A stretch of DNA of 64,000 bases from Octopus sinensis (lineage: Eukaryota), in NCBI RefSeq assembly GCF_006345805.1, contig NC_043017.1:6634001-6698000 (forward strand), given 5' to 3'. Below, in pieces: positions 11,821-23,585 of the stretch. Each line of letters opens with the position of its first letter. Positions within the stretch are counted from its first letter, which is position 1. Both the position numbers and the translations under genes were made by a program. The notes beneath the pieces were generated by a model, which had not been told where the DNA came from, searched no databases, and was given only the letters and a program-made list of their open reading frames with translations.

Positions 11821-12539
11821 TTGGTGCTGTTTCTGCTGCCACTGTACAATGCATGTCTGTAGAAACGGAATCTCGGTTTGCATGTCAAAGATGTTGGAAT
11901 ATATATATTCTGCCAACTGTGGAGTTGCGTAAAATCCCATCGCCTCCTCCATGTGGTTCTTCTTCAGCATGCTAGAAATAGCAACGAAATCTGCCTCAAA
12001 TCGCATGCCATCGTCTTGGAGAAAAGATACATAGGATAGTGTAATCCAAGATACATTATGCCTGGAAGAGCAGAGGCAGAAGGATGAAGTGAACATGAGA
12101 CTTCAGTGGATTTTGACCATTAGGTCTACCTGTTTAGGGTCGACCCAGGGTTAAACAACGACTTGCAAATGCACATACACACATATACACGTATATATAA
12201 ACACATACATTCATGCGCATACACATACACTCATGCATAGACACACACACACTATCTTCATCTTCATTTTAACTGCCACATTTTTTTGCATTCTCTCGTG
12301 AGCACTTGGTCCTTAGGGGCATTCAGTGAAGCCTACTCTATTGTCAAAAGGATTAGAACTGAAAGCCTATCTTGTTCTTCAGTTTGAAAGATAATTTCTC
12401 TCCTTGCCCCACACATTCACACACATGATTCTTTCCTTGTCGCCCAACCTCAGGGACCTGGCTGGAATGGGTCCCTTGCATTGTCATTCCTCCTGACAAA
12501 TTGAATAAAAAAAACATCACCCATGTACATATATGCAGG

Positions 12540-13140
12540 TACTGCTACATGTGTTCTATGGTGCCACTGCCTGTGGCCCAACACGCCACTCCAAGTCAGC
12601 TAATGCTGCTTTGTGTTGGGCTAACACAGCACTGCAAGTGTACTAGCACTGCTACGTGTTAGCTAGCACATTGCTTCATGTGTTCTGTCACACTGCTGCA
12701 TTTGGGCCAGCACATCAACTGATTGTGCTACATGCAGGCTACTGCACCACTGCAAGTCAACCAACATTGTTACCTGTGGACTAACATGCCACTGCAAGTG
12801 CACTGACACTGCTACATGTGTTCGATCACACTGCTACATGTAGGGCAACACACTGCTTTGGGTCAACTATCGCTACAACATGTAGGCTAACACACCACTG
12901 CAAGTACACTGTCACTGCTGCATGTGGACTGATGCACCTCTGCAAGTCAGCTAACTTTGCCACATGTAGACTAACACACTACTGCAAGTCAACTAGCTCT
13001 GCTACATGTGGAGTAATGCACCAGTGCAGGTCAACTAACACTCTTACATGTGGACCAACATGTCATTGGGTGTGAGCTAACACTACTACATGTGTTCTGA
13101 CACCCTGTTACATGTGAACTTGCACACTGCTAGATGTCCA
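12540..13140. repeat. Degenerate 42-bp minisatellite
   Basis: Recurring gctacatgtg/a..ctaacac.ccactgcaagt at ~42-nt period, with occasional short units. Confidence 0.7.
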
Positions 13141-13556
13141 AATACTTTTACACCCACACATGTCCTAACTCACAACTACACAATGTATTCTGTTTCTTTG
13201 GAGTGCTTTATCAGCTGAATGCTACCATGTCGTTTGTACTCCTACATGTGTGTATGCTTGTCTACGTGTATACATATGTGCATGATTGTATGTGTGTATA
13301 TACATACATCTATGTGTGTATAAATGTGTGTGTATGTGCATAAACGTGTGTGTATATACATGTATGTGTGTATGCTTATGTACCCATGTGTGTCCATGCA
13401 TGAGTGTATGTGTATATGAATGTGTGTGTATGTGCATAAATGTATATGTGCATGAATGTATGTGTCTATATATACATGTATGTGTGTATGAATGTTGACG
13501 TGTGTGTATGTGAATGAGTGTATATGTGTATAAATGTGTGTGTATGTGCAAGAATG

Positions 13557-13595
<39 letters not shown>

Positions 13596-14391
13596 TTGTG
13601 TATATTTATACATGTATGAATGTAGGCATGTGTGTGTATGTAAATGTATGTGTATATGAATGTATATACATGTGTGTGTATACATGTTTGTTCTTGTCTC
13701 GCTTAACATAAGTTTATTTACATGTAACCAAACTGCATGGAATTTCGGAAAGCGTTTTCAAAGAATTGTATTTGGTTAGGCGCGTATATGCACATGGATG
13801 TATAGGTGTAAGTGTTTATGCGTATGCGTGATACCTATGGATATAGCCACATGTGTGTGTGTGTGTGGTGTGTGTGTGTGCATGGCAGATCTCAACTTCT
13901 ACAGCAGAATAATTCTACACAAAAGCTTTTAACATCTTCTCGGAAGATTTCTGAAATCTATCATGGATTTCAAACATGCTAAAAGTGTTTCAGCTAATCT
14001 AATTTGTATTTGTGTGTGTGTGTGTGTACGCACACGTGTGTGAGTACACATATACATATATATGTGTGTGTGTGTGTGTATATATCTATCTATCTATATA
14101 TATATATGTAAGCATGAAATATATATATATATATATGTATATATACATTTCATGCATACATGCAGTTGTACATTCTTTTATCTTTTCACTTGTTTCAGTC
14201 ATTTGATTGCGGCCATGCTGGAGCACCGCCTCCAATCAAACGAATCAACCACAGGACTTATTCTTTGTAAGCCTAGTACTTACTCTGTCAGTTCTCTTTT
14301 GCCGAACAGCTAAGTTATGGGGACGTAAACACACCAACATTTGATGTCAAGCGACAGTGGGAGGTGGGGACAAACACAGACACACAAATAC

Positions 14392-14440
<49 letters not shown>

Positions 14441-14559
14441 TACATACACATATATTATATATAATGGTAAAAGACATTTTCACTTCCCGAGTGTTAAACT
14501 AATACATCTGTTTGTTGTCTACACCACCTGTCTTCGTCTTTTGTTTTTTTGTGAATTCT

Positions 14560-14610
<51 letters not shown>

Positions 14611-14877
14611 TATATATATGTTTGTGTCTGTGTTTGTTCCTCTACATCGCTTGACAACTGATGTTGTGTGTTTACATCCCTTAACGTAGCAGTTCAGGAA
14701 AAGCAACTGATAGAATAAGTACCAGGTTTACAAAGAATAAGTCCAGGTGTTGATTTCTTCAACTAAAAGGCAGTGCTCCAGCACAGCCACAGTCAAAATG
14801 ACTGAAATGTGGAAAAGAATAAAAGGATTAATGTTGTTGTTGTTGTTGTCGTCGTCGTTGCTGTTGTTGCTGCTGCT

Positions 14878-15500
14878 GCCAAGGCGGCAAACTGGCAGAA
14901 TTGTTAGCATGCTGGACAAAATGGTTTGCAGTGTTTTGTTTGACACTACGTTCTGAGTTCAAATTTCGCCGAGGTCAACTTTGTTTTCATCCTTTCGGGA
15001 TCGATAAATTAAATACCAGTTGCATACTTGGGTCGATGTAACCGACTAGTCCCCTCACCCAAATTTCAGGCCTTGTGCCTATAGTAGAAAGATTATTATT
15101 ATTATATTAAGGCACCGGGCTGGCAGAATCATTAGCACGCCGGGCGAAATGCTTAGCGGTATTTCAGCTGCCGCTACATTCTGAATTCAAATTCCGCCGA
15201 GGTCAACTTTGCCTTTCATCCTTTCGGGGTCGATTAAATAAGTACTAGTTATGCACTGGGGTCGATATAATTGACTTAATCCGTTTTTCTGTCCTTGTTT
15301 GTCCCCTCTTTGTGTAGCCCCTTGTGGGCAGTAAAGAAATAGGTATTTCATCTGTCCTTACATTCTGAGTTCAAATTCCACTGAGGTTTACTTTGTCTTT
15401 CATCCTCTCGGGGTTGATAAAATAAGTACCAGTGGAACACTGAGGTCAGTGTAAACAATTTGCCCCACCCACCCCCAAAACGCTGAAACCAATATTTGAA
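14878..15500 (+). mobile_element. Tandem cluster of three SINE B copies or fragments
   Basis: Three successive ttctgagttcaaatt..gaggt..actttg..tttcatcc blocks. Confidence 0.8.
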
Positions 15501-15577
15501 CCCTGTTTATAAGTACCAGCTGTCTCCATGTTTATTCATCAGTTCATTTGTTTGTTCTTTCTTTCTTTGTTGTCTAG

Positions 15578-15628
15578 ATTGCCAGATCATAATCCATCTA
15601 TGTGCACAATGAGTGGCCCTCCTGGAAG
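15578..15628 (+). CDS. TUB: Tubby-family gene, probable first coding exon (51 nt; LPDHNPSMCTMSGPPG; candidate starts ATG 15600 or 15609)
   Basis: Long pyrimidine tract ending tgtctag and donor AAG|GTAAGC. The only open frame ends in phase 2, matching the phase-2 start of the 31958 exon. No direct homology recognised. Confidence 0.55.
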
Positions 15629-15704
15629 GTAAGCTGAACAAATATTTCTAATCATTTAAACATTTCTAATCATTTAAGCCCATCGTATATATGTATGTAT
15701 ATAT

Positions 15705-15940
15705 CATTGCCAGAGCGGCTAACTGGCTTCCGTACCGGTGGCATGTAAGAGGCACCATTCGAGTGGGATCATTACCAGCATCGCCTTACTGGCACCTGTG
15801 CCGTTGGCATGTGTAAAAAGATTCGAGCGAGGTCGTTGCCAGTACCGCCTGACTGGCCCCCGTGCTGGTGGCACATAAAAGCACCCGCTACACTCTCGGA
15901 GTGGTTGGCATTAGGAAGGGCATCCAGCTGTAGAAACTGT
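15705..15940 (+). mobile_element. RTE 3'-end copy (family C, tail truncated)
   Basis: ggtggcacataaaagcaccc..tacactctcggagtggttggcattaggaagggcatccagctgtagaaac. Confidence 0.7.
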
Positions 15941-16231
15941 AGCCTCAAGCTGATCAAAGCCTTATGAGTGGATTTGGTAGATGGAAACTAAAAGAGGCTT
16001 GCATATGTGTGCGTGTATCTTTGTCTTCCACCACTGTTGGTATGTTTACATCGCTGTAACTTAGCAGCTTGGCAAAAGAGACTGATAGAATAAGTCTCAG
16101 GCTATAAAAAAAAAAGTAAATACTTTGGTTAATTCATTCAACTAAAACTTCTTCAAGGGTGGGGGGTACCCCAGCATAGCTGCAGTCTCATGACTGAAAC
16201 AAGTAAAAGATAAAAGATATATATTATATAT

Positions 16232-16443
16232 TATGGAGATGTACTTGCATAGCAAGTGACCTGATCTGAGATTGTGTGAAGAAACAAAAGCAATTGCAGC
16301 GTGTGGAAGGTGTTTATAAGCCCTTTTAAAAACACACAAAAACCGTTAGATTCACTTCAACATTTAAATTTAATTTGTCAAAATATTAAAATATTTTCGG
16401 TGCTTTGAAACCGAGACCTGTTCACTGACAAAATTCTGTGCTG
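16232..16443 (-). mobile_element. Short interspersed element containing a hammerhead fold (family H3)
   Basis: Non-microsatellite block flanked by TA-rich sequence; contains the 16374-16432 fold. Mobile-element status is inference. Confidence 0.45.
16374..16432 (-). ncRNA. Type-I hammerhead ribozyme fold with G3:C8 core covariation
   Basis: UUUGUCA-GUGAACA-GGU-(14-nt loop)-ACC-GAA-AAUAU-UUUA-AUAUU-U-UGACAAA: 7-bp stem I, 3-bp stem II, 5-6-bp stem III. Confidence 0.65.
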
Positions 16444-17209
16444 TATATATGCATGTGTGTGTGGTGTGTGTGTGAGTAAGAGAGAGAGAGAAAGTACCTA
16501 GTGAGCCATAGGTGAAGCAGTATATATTTTGTCAGGTTAACAATTATAGATTAAATATTTTTTGTCCGCTCTCAGACTTCTCTTGAAGTACTTTGTGGTC
16601 ACTTATAGCATCTCTTTGAACGTGTTACCCTTGAAATTAATACACTACATACATACATACATACATACATACATACATACACACAAACACATACATACAT
16701 ATATACATACACACACATACATACATATACTCACATATATACATACACACACATACATACATATACTCACACATACATAGATACATACACACACCCATCT
16801 AGATACATATACACATACATAGGTACATGCATACATACATATGTACAGTACATACATACACACATTCATACATATGTACAACTACTCTGTTCCCCTTACC
16901 CTCCACCACCTATACCCCAGAAATATTCCCCTCTCTCTCTCTACCTACCTATCTATCTCTTATGTGACCCCCCCCCTCAAGCCACTACCACCAGCCCCCA
17001 GCAACAATAACACCTCTCACTATCACCTGCATGCACACGCGCACATATACACCCACACTCACTAACGGGGGGGGGAACCACCAGCAAGGAGAGAGAGAGA
17101 GAGAGAGAGAAAGAGACATGTTCCAACCTGTCTTTGTAAATTGTTATTTTAAGGTAATGTGTAGTTTATTGTGATGACAGCAGAGAGACTAAGAGGTTAG
17201 TGAGACAAT

Positions 17210-18000
17210 AGGGGTGGGTGGTTGGTGACAGGGTGGATGGGTGACTGGATGGTGGTTAAGTGCATGTTTGGATGGATGACTTGCATATATAACCCAATGG
17301 GGAGTGACCTAAGTAAATAGCTGGGTGGATGGATGTGAGGGCGGATAGATGGGTGGGTGGATGGAGGGGAAGATAGATGGGTGGGTAGGTGGATAGGTGT
17401 GTAGCTGGATGGATGGGAGGATGGATAGATGGGTGGATGGATGGAAGGGAGGGTGGGCAGATAGATAGATGGGTGGATGGGTGTGTTGGTGGATCGATGG
17501 GAGGGTGGATAGATGGGGGATGGGAGGATTGATGGGTGGATAGATGGTGGGTAGATAGATAGGTGTGAGTATGGATGGATAGATGGGTGGGTAGATAAAT
17601 AGGTGTGTGGGAGGATGGATAGATGGGTGGGTAGGTAGATAGGTGAGTGTGTGGATGGATAGATGGGAGAACTGATAGATGGATGGATGGGTGGGTAGAT
17701 AGATAGGTGTGTTGGTATGAGGATAGATGGGTGGGTGGATGGATGGATGGGAAGGCAGATGGATAGATGGATGGGTAAGATAGATAGGTGTGTGGGTGGA
17801 TGGATGGGAGGATGGATAGATGATGGGTGGGAGGGTGGATGGAAAGATGAATGGATAAGTAGAAAGATGGATGGATTGATGGGTAATGGGATAGATAGAT
17901 GACAGGGTGTATGATTGGGTAAGTAAGTGGATTTATGGATGGATATAAATGGATGACTGATGGATGGCTATATAGTAAGTAGCTGGGTGGATGGATGGGT
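17210..18000. repeat. Complex (GGAT/AGAT/GGGT)n tract
   Basis: Source of the spurious 278-aa minus-strand HPSI-rich ORF. Confidence 0.9.
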
Positions 18001-18327
18001 GAAACATAATCTATATAGAGAATATAAACATAGTGCAGAGTTGTTATGATAAATAGGTAAAGTCTCCTACAGCTGTTTCTATATGTATACACATATACAT
18101 ATTTGATATCAGTGCTACCAATGCCACTCCCCTGATGAAGTTCCGGTACATAGCTATTGCTGGATCATATTTATTTATGTAATTATCCATATTATAATTT
18201 ATGCTATAGTATAATATAGAAAACTCAGCAATTAACAACTGCTACCATTGCACAGAAACAATTGTTGCGTTTTGTTATTAAAACCTTTTTCTTCTATCTT
18301 CTTTTTTAAATTTACAGATATATATAT

Positions 18328-18367
<40 letters not shown>

Positions 18368-18659
18368 GATTTTTTAAAAAAATAACAACAGGAAAATTTG
18401 ACAAAACCAAACACACTGAAAATTCATAGCCAGTTCCTCATTAGTCAACATCCAAGAGGTCAAAATAGTTTCATGCCATTATTGTTGAAACTACTGCTTT
18501 ATTAGAGGCGCCAGAGCAAAAAAACCCACTAGCAATAACCAACAAATGTACAGGACAATGATGAAAACAAACTACAATAATTACAATAATTATACATATA
18601 CAACAATATATATATTATAATAATATATATATATATATATATATCATATATATATATAT

Positions 18660-21527
18660 CACATCATCATCATCATCATCATTAACGTCCGCTTTCCATG
18701 CTAGCATGGTTGGACGGTTCAACTGGGGTCTGGGGAGCCCGAAAGCTGCACCAGTCCAGTCAGATCTGGCAGTGTTTCTACAGCTGGATGCCCTTCCTAA
18801 CGCCAACCACTCCGAGAGTGTAGTGGGTGATTTTATGTGCACCGACACAGGTGCCAGACGAGGCTGGCAAACGGCCACGCTCGGATGGTGTTTTTATGTG
18901 CCACCGACACAGGTGCCAGACGAGGCTGGCAGACGGCCACGCTCGGATGGTGTTTTTATGTGCCACCGACACAGGTGCCAGATGAGGCTGGCATAACGGC
19001 CACGATCGGATGGTGCTTGTTACGTGCCCACAGCACGGAGGCCAGTCGATGCGGTACTGGCTACAGCCACGTTCGGATGGTTTTCTTGTGTGCCACGTGC
19101 CACCGGCACTGGTACCACAAGGATACAAATCCATTGATGTTATCTATTTTGATTTGTTTTGATTTGATTTTCACTTGCCTCAACAGGTCTTCACAAGTGT
19201 CACAAGAAGGAAGGTATGCACAGGTGGACTGACTACGTCCCAGGTAGGGGCCATGGGTTATGGCCTGACTAGTCTTGCCGGGTCTTCGGATGGTGTTTTT
19301 ATGTGCCACCGACACAGGTGCTAGATGAGGCTGGCAACGGCCACGATCGGATGGGGTTTGTCATGTGCCCACCGCACTGACTACAGCACTGATGGATTTC
19401 TTGTGTGCCACAGGCACTGGTACCACAAGATACAAATTCCATTGATGTTCATCATATTTGTCTATTTTGATTTTTTTGATTTTGATTTGATTTTCACTTG
19501 CCTCAACCGGTCTTCACAGGTGTCACAAGAGGAAGGTATGCACAGGTGGACTGAATAGTCTTGCGGGTCTTCGGAAGGTGTTTTTATGTGCACCCGACAC
19601 AGATGAGGCTGGCGACGGCCATGATCAGATGGTGGTTTGTTACGTGCCCACAGCACGGAGGCCGGTCGATGCGGAACTGGCTACGGCCACGTTCGGATGG
19701 TTCTCTTGTGTGCCACCGGCACTGGTACCACAAAGATACAGATTCCATTGATGTTCATCTATTTTGATTTGTTTTGATTTTGATTTTGATTTTCACTTGC
19801 CTCAACAGGTCTTCACAAGTGTCACAAGAAGGAAGGTATGCACAGGTGGACTGACTACGTCCCAGGTAGGGGCCATGGGTTATGGCCTGACTAGTCTTGC
19901 CGGGTCTTCGGATGGTGTTTTTATGTGCCACCGACACAGGTGCTAGATGAGGCTGGCGAACGGCCACGATCGGATGGTGTTTGTCATGTGCCCACAGCAC
20001 GGAAGGCCAGTCGATGCGGTACTGGCTACGGCCACTTTCGGATGGTTTTCTCTTGTGTGCCACCGGCACTGGTACACAAAGATACAAATTCCATTGATGT
20101 TCATCTATTTTGATTTGTTTTGATTTTCACTTGCCTCAACAGGTCTTCACAAGTGTCGCAAGAAGGAAGGTATGTACAGGTGGACTGACTACGTCCCAGG
20201 TAGGGCCCACGGGTTATGACCTGACTAGTCTTGCCGGGTCTTCGGATGGTGTTTTTATGTGCCACCATGTTCCCACATCACGGAGGCGAGTACGACGACG
20301 GTATGGTAGGCTACGGCCACGTTCGGATGGTTTTCTTGTGTGCCACAGGCACTGGTACCCAAAGATACAAATTCCATTGATGTTCATCTATTTTGATTGA
20401 TTTTCACTTGCCTCAGCAGCTCTTCACAAGTGTCACAAGAAGGAAGGTATGCACAGGTGGATCGACTACGTCCCAGGTAGGGGCCACGGGATATGGCCTG
20501 ACTAGTCCTGCCGGGTCCTCTCATGCACAGCACACTTCCATAGGACTCGGTCTTCAGTCATTTCCTTGGTGAGACCTAAAGTTCGAAGGTCGTGCTTCAC
20601 CACCTCGTCCCAGGTTTTCCTGGGTCTACCTCTTCACAGGTTCCCTCAACTGCTAGGGTGTAGCACTTTTGCACACAACTATCTTCAGCCATTCTCGTCA
20701 CATGACCATACCAGCGCAGCCGTCTCTCTTGCACACCACAACTGACACTTCTAGGTTCAACTTTACTCTCAAAGTACTTACACTCTGACGATTATGAACA
20801 CTGACATTACACATCCATCGGAGCATACTGGCTTCATTTCTTGCAAGCTTACGCATATCCTCAGCTGTCACGGCCCATGTTTCACTACCATGTAGCATGG
20901 CTGTACGTACACACGCATCATATAGTCTGCCTTTTACTCTTAGCGAGAGGCTTTTGTCACCAGCAGGGGTAAGAGCTCTCTAAACTTTGCCCAGGCTATT
21001 CTTACTCTAGCAGTTACACTTTCAGCACACCCACCCCCGCTACTGACTTGGTCTCCTAGGTAGCGGAAGCTATCAACTACTTCTAGTTTGTCTCCCTGGA
21101 ATGTGGTAGAAGTTGGTCTCTGCACATTTCCAGTGTTTATTTCTCTTGAGCATCTGCCACAGACAAAAACTATTTTCTTAGTTAGCCTTCCTTTGACATT
21201 GCTGCACCTCTTATGTGTCCATAGCTTACACTTGGTGCACCTTATAGAGTTTCTACCTACACCTTTTTTACAGATCGAGCAGGGCCATCTACCTGAAGTC
21301 GTTTGTGGTTGGTCCATCTTCCTACTTATTAGGACTTTGGTTTTGGCTAGGTTGATTCTAAGGCCCTCGATTCTAATCCTTGTTCCACACCTGAAACTTC
21401 TCCTCCAGTTCTGATAGTGACTCAGCAATTAGAGCAAGGTCATCAGCATATAGGAGCTCCCAGGGGCATCCTGTCTTAAATTCTTCCGTTATTGCCTGGA
21501 GGACTATGATAAATAGGAGGGGGCTGA

Positions 21528-21530
<3 letters not shown>
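18660..21530 (-). mobile_element. 5'-truncated RTE-clade non-LTR retrotransposon with a long tandem-repeat 3' UTR and (GAT)n tail
   Basis: Continuous from RT-coding sequence through the stop at 20502-20504, then repeated UTR units, then the family C terminus and (CAT)n at ~18660-18682. Flanked by (TA)n. Confidence 0.9.
20502..21530 (-). pseudogene. RTE-clade reverse transcriptase C-terminal part, frameshifted
   Basis: SPLLFIIVLQAI..ELLYADDLALIAES, GLRINLAKTKVL, FRYLGD, AWAKFRELLPLL, MLHGSETW and the RWYGHV-like motif are spread over at least three frames. Confidence 0.9.
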
Positions 21531-21562
<32 letters not shown>

Positions 21563-21595
21563 TATATATATATACATATATATATCATACATATA

Positions 21596-21842
21596 TCATC
21601 ATTTAGCGTCCGTTCTCCATGCTAGCATGGGTTGGACGGTTCAACTGGGGTCTGTGAAGCTGGAAGGCTTCATCAGGCCCAGTCAGATCTGGCAGTGTTT
21701 CTACAGCTGGATGCCCTTCCTAACGCCAACCACTCCGTGAGTGTAGTGGGTGCTTTTTACGTGCCACCTGCACAGGTGCCAGACAGAGCTGGCAAACGGC
21801 CACGAACGGATGGTGCTTTTACGTGTCACCGGCACGGGGCAT
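21596..21842 (-). mobile_element. RTE 3'-end copy (family C)
   Basis: Reverse complement of the family C terminus. Confidence 0.8.
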
Positions 21843-21846
21843 ACAC

Positions 21847-21921
<75 letters not shown>

Positions 21922-22038
21922 TATATATTTAGAGTGTTTGGGAAATTCCTTGACACAGTTATAAAATTTGGAGAGAGGATTTTTTCTCAAAGAGTTAGGT
22001 CCTTTTCTTAATCTTAACCCTTTGAGAAAAAAATCTCT

Positions 22039-22073
<35 letters not shown>

Positions 22074-22076
<3 letters not shown>

Positions 22077-22471
22077 TTAATACACAACCAAAAGAGCTAC
22101 TGACAGTTTCATGCTTTTATGATACTTTAAATAGGCACATTTATAAAATACACCACATATCTCCAGGCAATCTTTCATGCTCTGTTTATGTGTTACATAT
22201 ATATAATATATATATATATATATATCTATATATATATATATATGTATATATATATTGAAAACAAATTTTCTTGCTTTCGATTTTTTTATTCTCATTCCAT
22301 TTTTTGCATCAAACTTCTTCACAGCATCCTAGTTTTTTAAACTATATCTAACACATAAACAGAGCCTAAAAGATTACTAGAAGATACATGCCATATTTTA
22401 TAAATGTGCCAATTTAAAGTATCATAAAAGCATGGAACTATCAGTAGCTCTTTCAGTTGTGTATTTAAATT
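22074..22471. mobile_element. MITE-like element with ~122-bp imperfect inverted arms
   Basis: 22074-22195 is the reverse complement of 22349-22471 (roughly 80-85% by eye); the spacer is (TA)n plus T-rich sequence. Confidence 0.7.
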
Positions 22472-22735
22472 GATGTTTATCTCTCGCTGGATGGAATACT
22501 GCTTTTTCTTGATTCTATTTATATTGAATCTATAAACTGTATATATATGTGTGTGTGTATGTATGTATATGTGTATGTGTGTGTGTGTATATATGTATGT
22601 GTATATGTATGATATATATACATAATATATATATATATATATATAATATATATGTATGCATATATATATGTGTGTGTGTGTGTGTGAATGTATGTATATG
22701 TGTATGTATATATATATACATATATATATAATATA

Positions 22736-22770
<35 letters not shown>

Positions 22771-23049
22771 ATATATATGCATAGATTATATCTATGTATA
22801 TATACGTACATATGCATATATGGGTACAGGATGTCACCAACAGTAGACAACATGAAATACAAAAACAAATGAGTTCAAAATGCAAACAATAAGAGAAACA
22901 AATGGGAAGCAGGACAAGTAACATAAAGAACGACCCTTCATCAGTTGTTGGGTGTCTATCGACTCCTCATTTCCAGCATTATTATATTATATATATAATA
23001 TATATATATAACACACACATATATATACATACATATATATACATATATC

Positions 23050-23306
23050 GATGTCAGTGCCGCCATGGTGGCACGTTAAAAGCACCAACCGATCGTGGCC
23101 GATGCCAGACCACCCTGGCACCTGTGCAGGTGGCGCATAAAAGCACCCACTGCACTCGCGGAGTGTTTGGCGTTAGGAAGGGCATCCAGCTGTAGAAACA
23201 CTGCCAGATCAGACTGGAGCCTGGTGCAGCCCCTGGCTTCCCAGACCCCGGTCAAACCGTCCAACCCGTGCTAGCACGGAAAACGGACGTTAAACGATGA
23301 TGATGA
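23050..23306 (+). mobile_element. RTE 3'-end copy (family C)
   Basis: Family C terminus plus (GAT)n. Confidence 0.8.
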
Positions 23307-23538
23307 TATACATATATATACATACATACATACTAACTTAAATATATGTATATGTATATATATGTGTGTGTGTCTGTATATGTATGCACATACATACATG
23401 CGTATATTACTTAGTGTTATGTCACTGACAGAAATATGACTCAACCATTTCTACACATGAATCACCATCAACATTCCTCTCTCTCTCTGTTATCGTCTCT
23501 CTCCTCTCTCTCCTCATCTCTCTCTCTCTCTCGTCTCC

Positions 23539-23585
<47 letters not shown>

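Noticed and set aside
11076-11975. 299-aa His/Thr-rich mucin-like ORF
   Set aside because: Translation of (GTT/GGT)n and (CAC)n microsatellites; no splice or homology support.
17256-18092. 278-aa minus-strand ORF
   Set aside because: (ATCC/ATCT)n tract.
18060-18150. CTGATGAAG on plus with GAAACAGCTGTA on minus
   Set aside because: The halves are on opposite strands and stem I is out of register; it could be an inversion remnant but cannot be supported.
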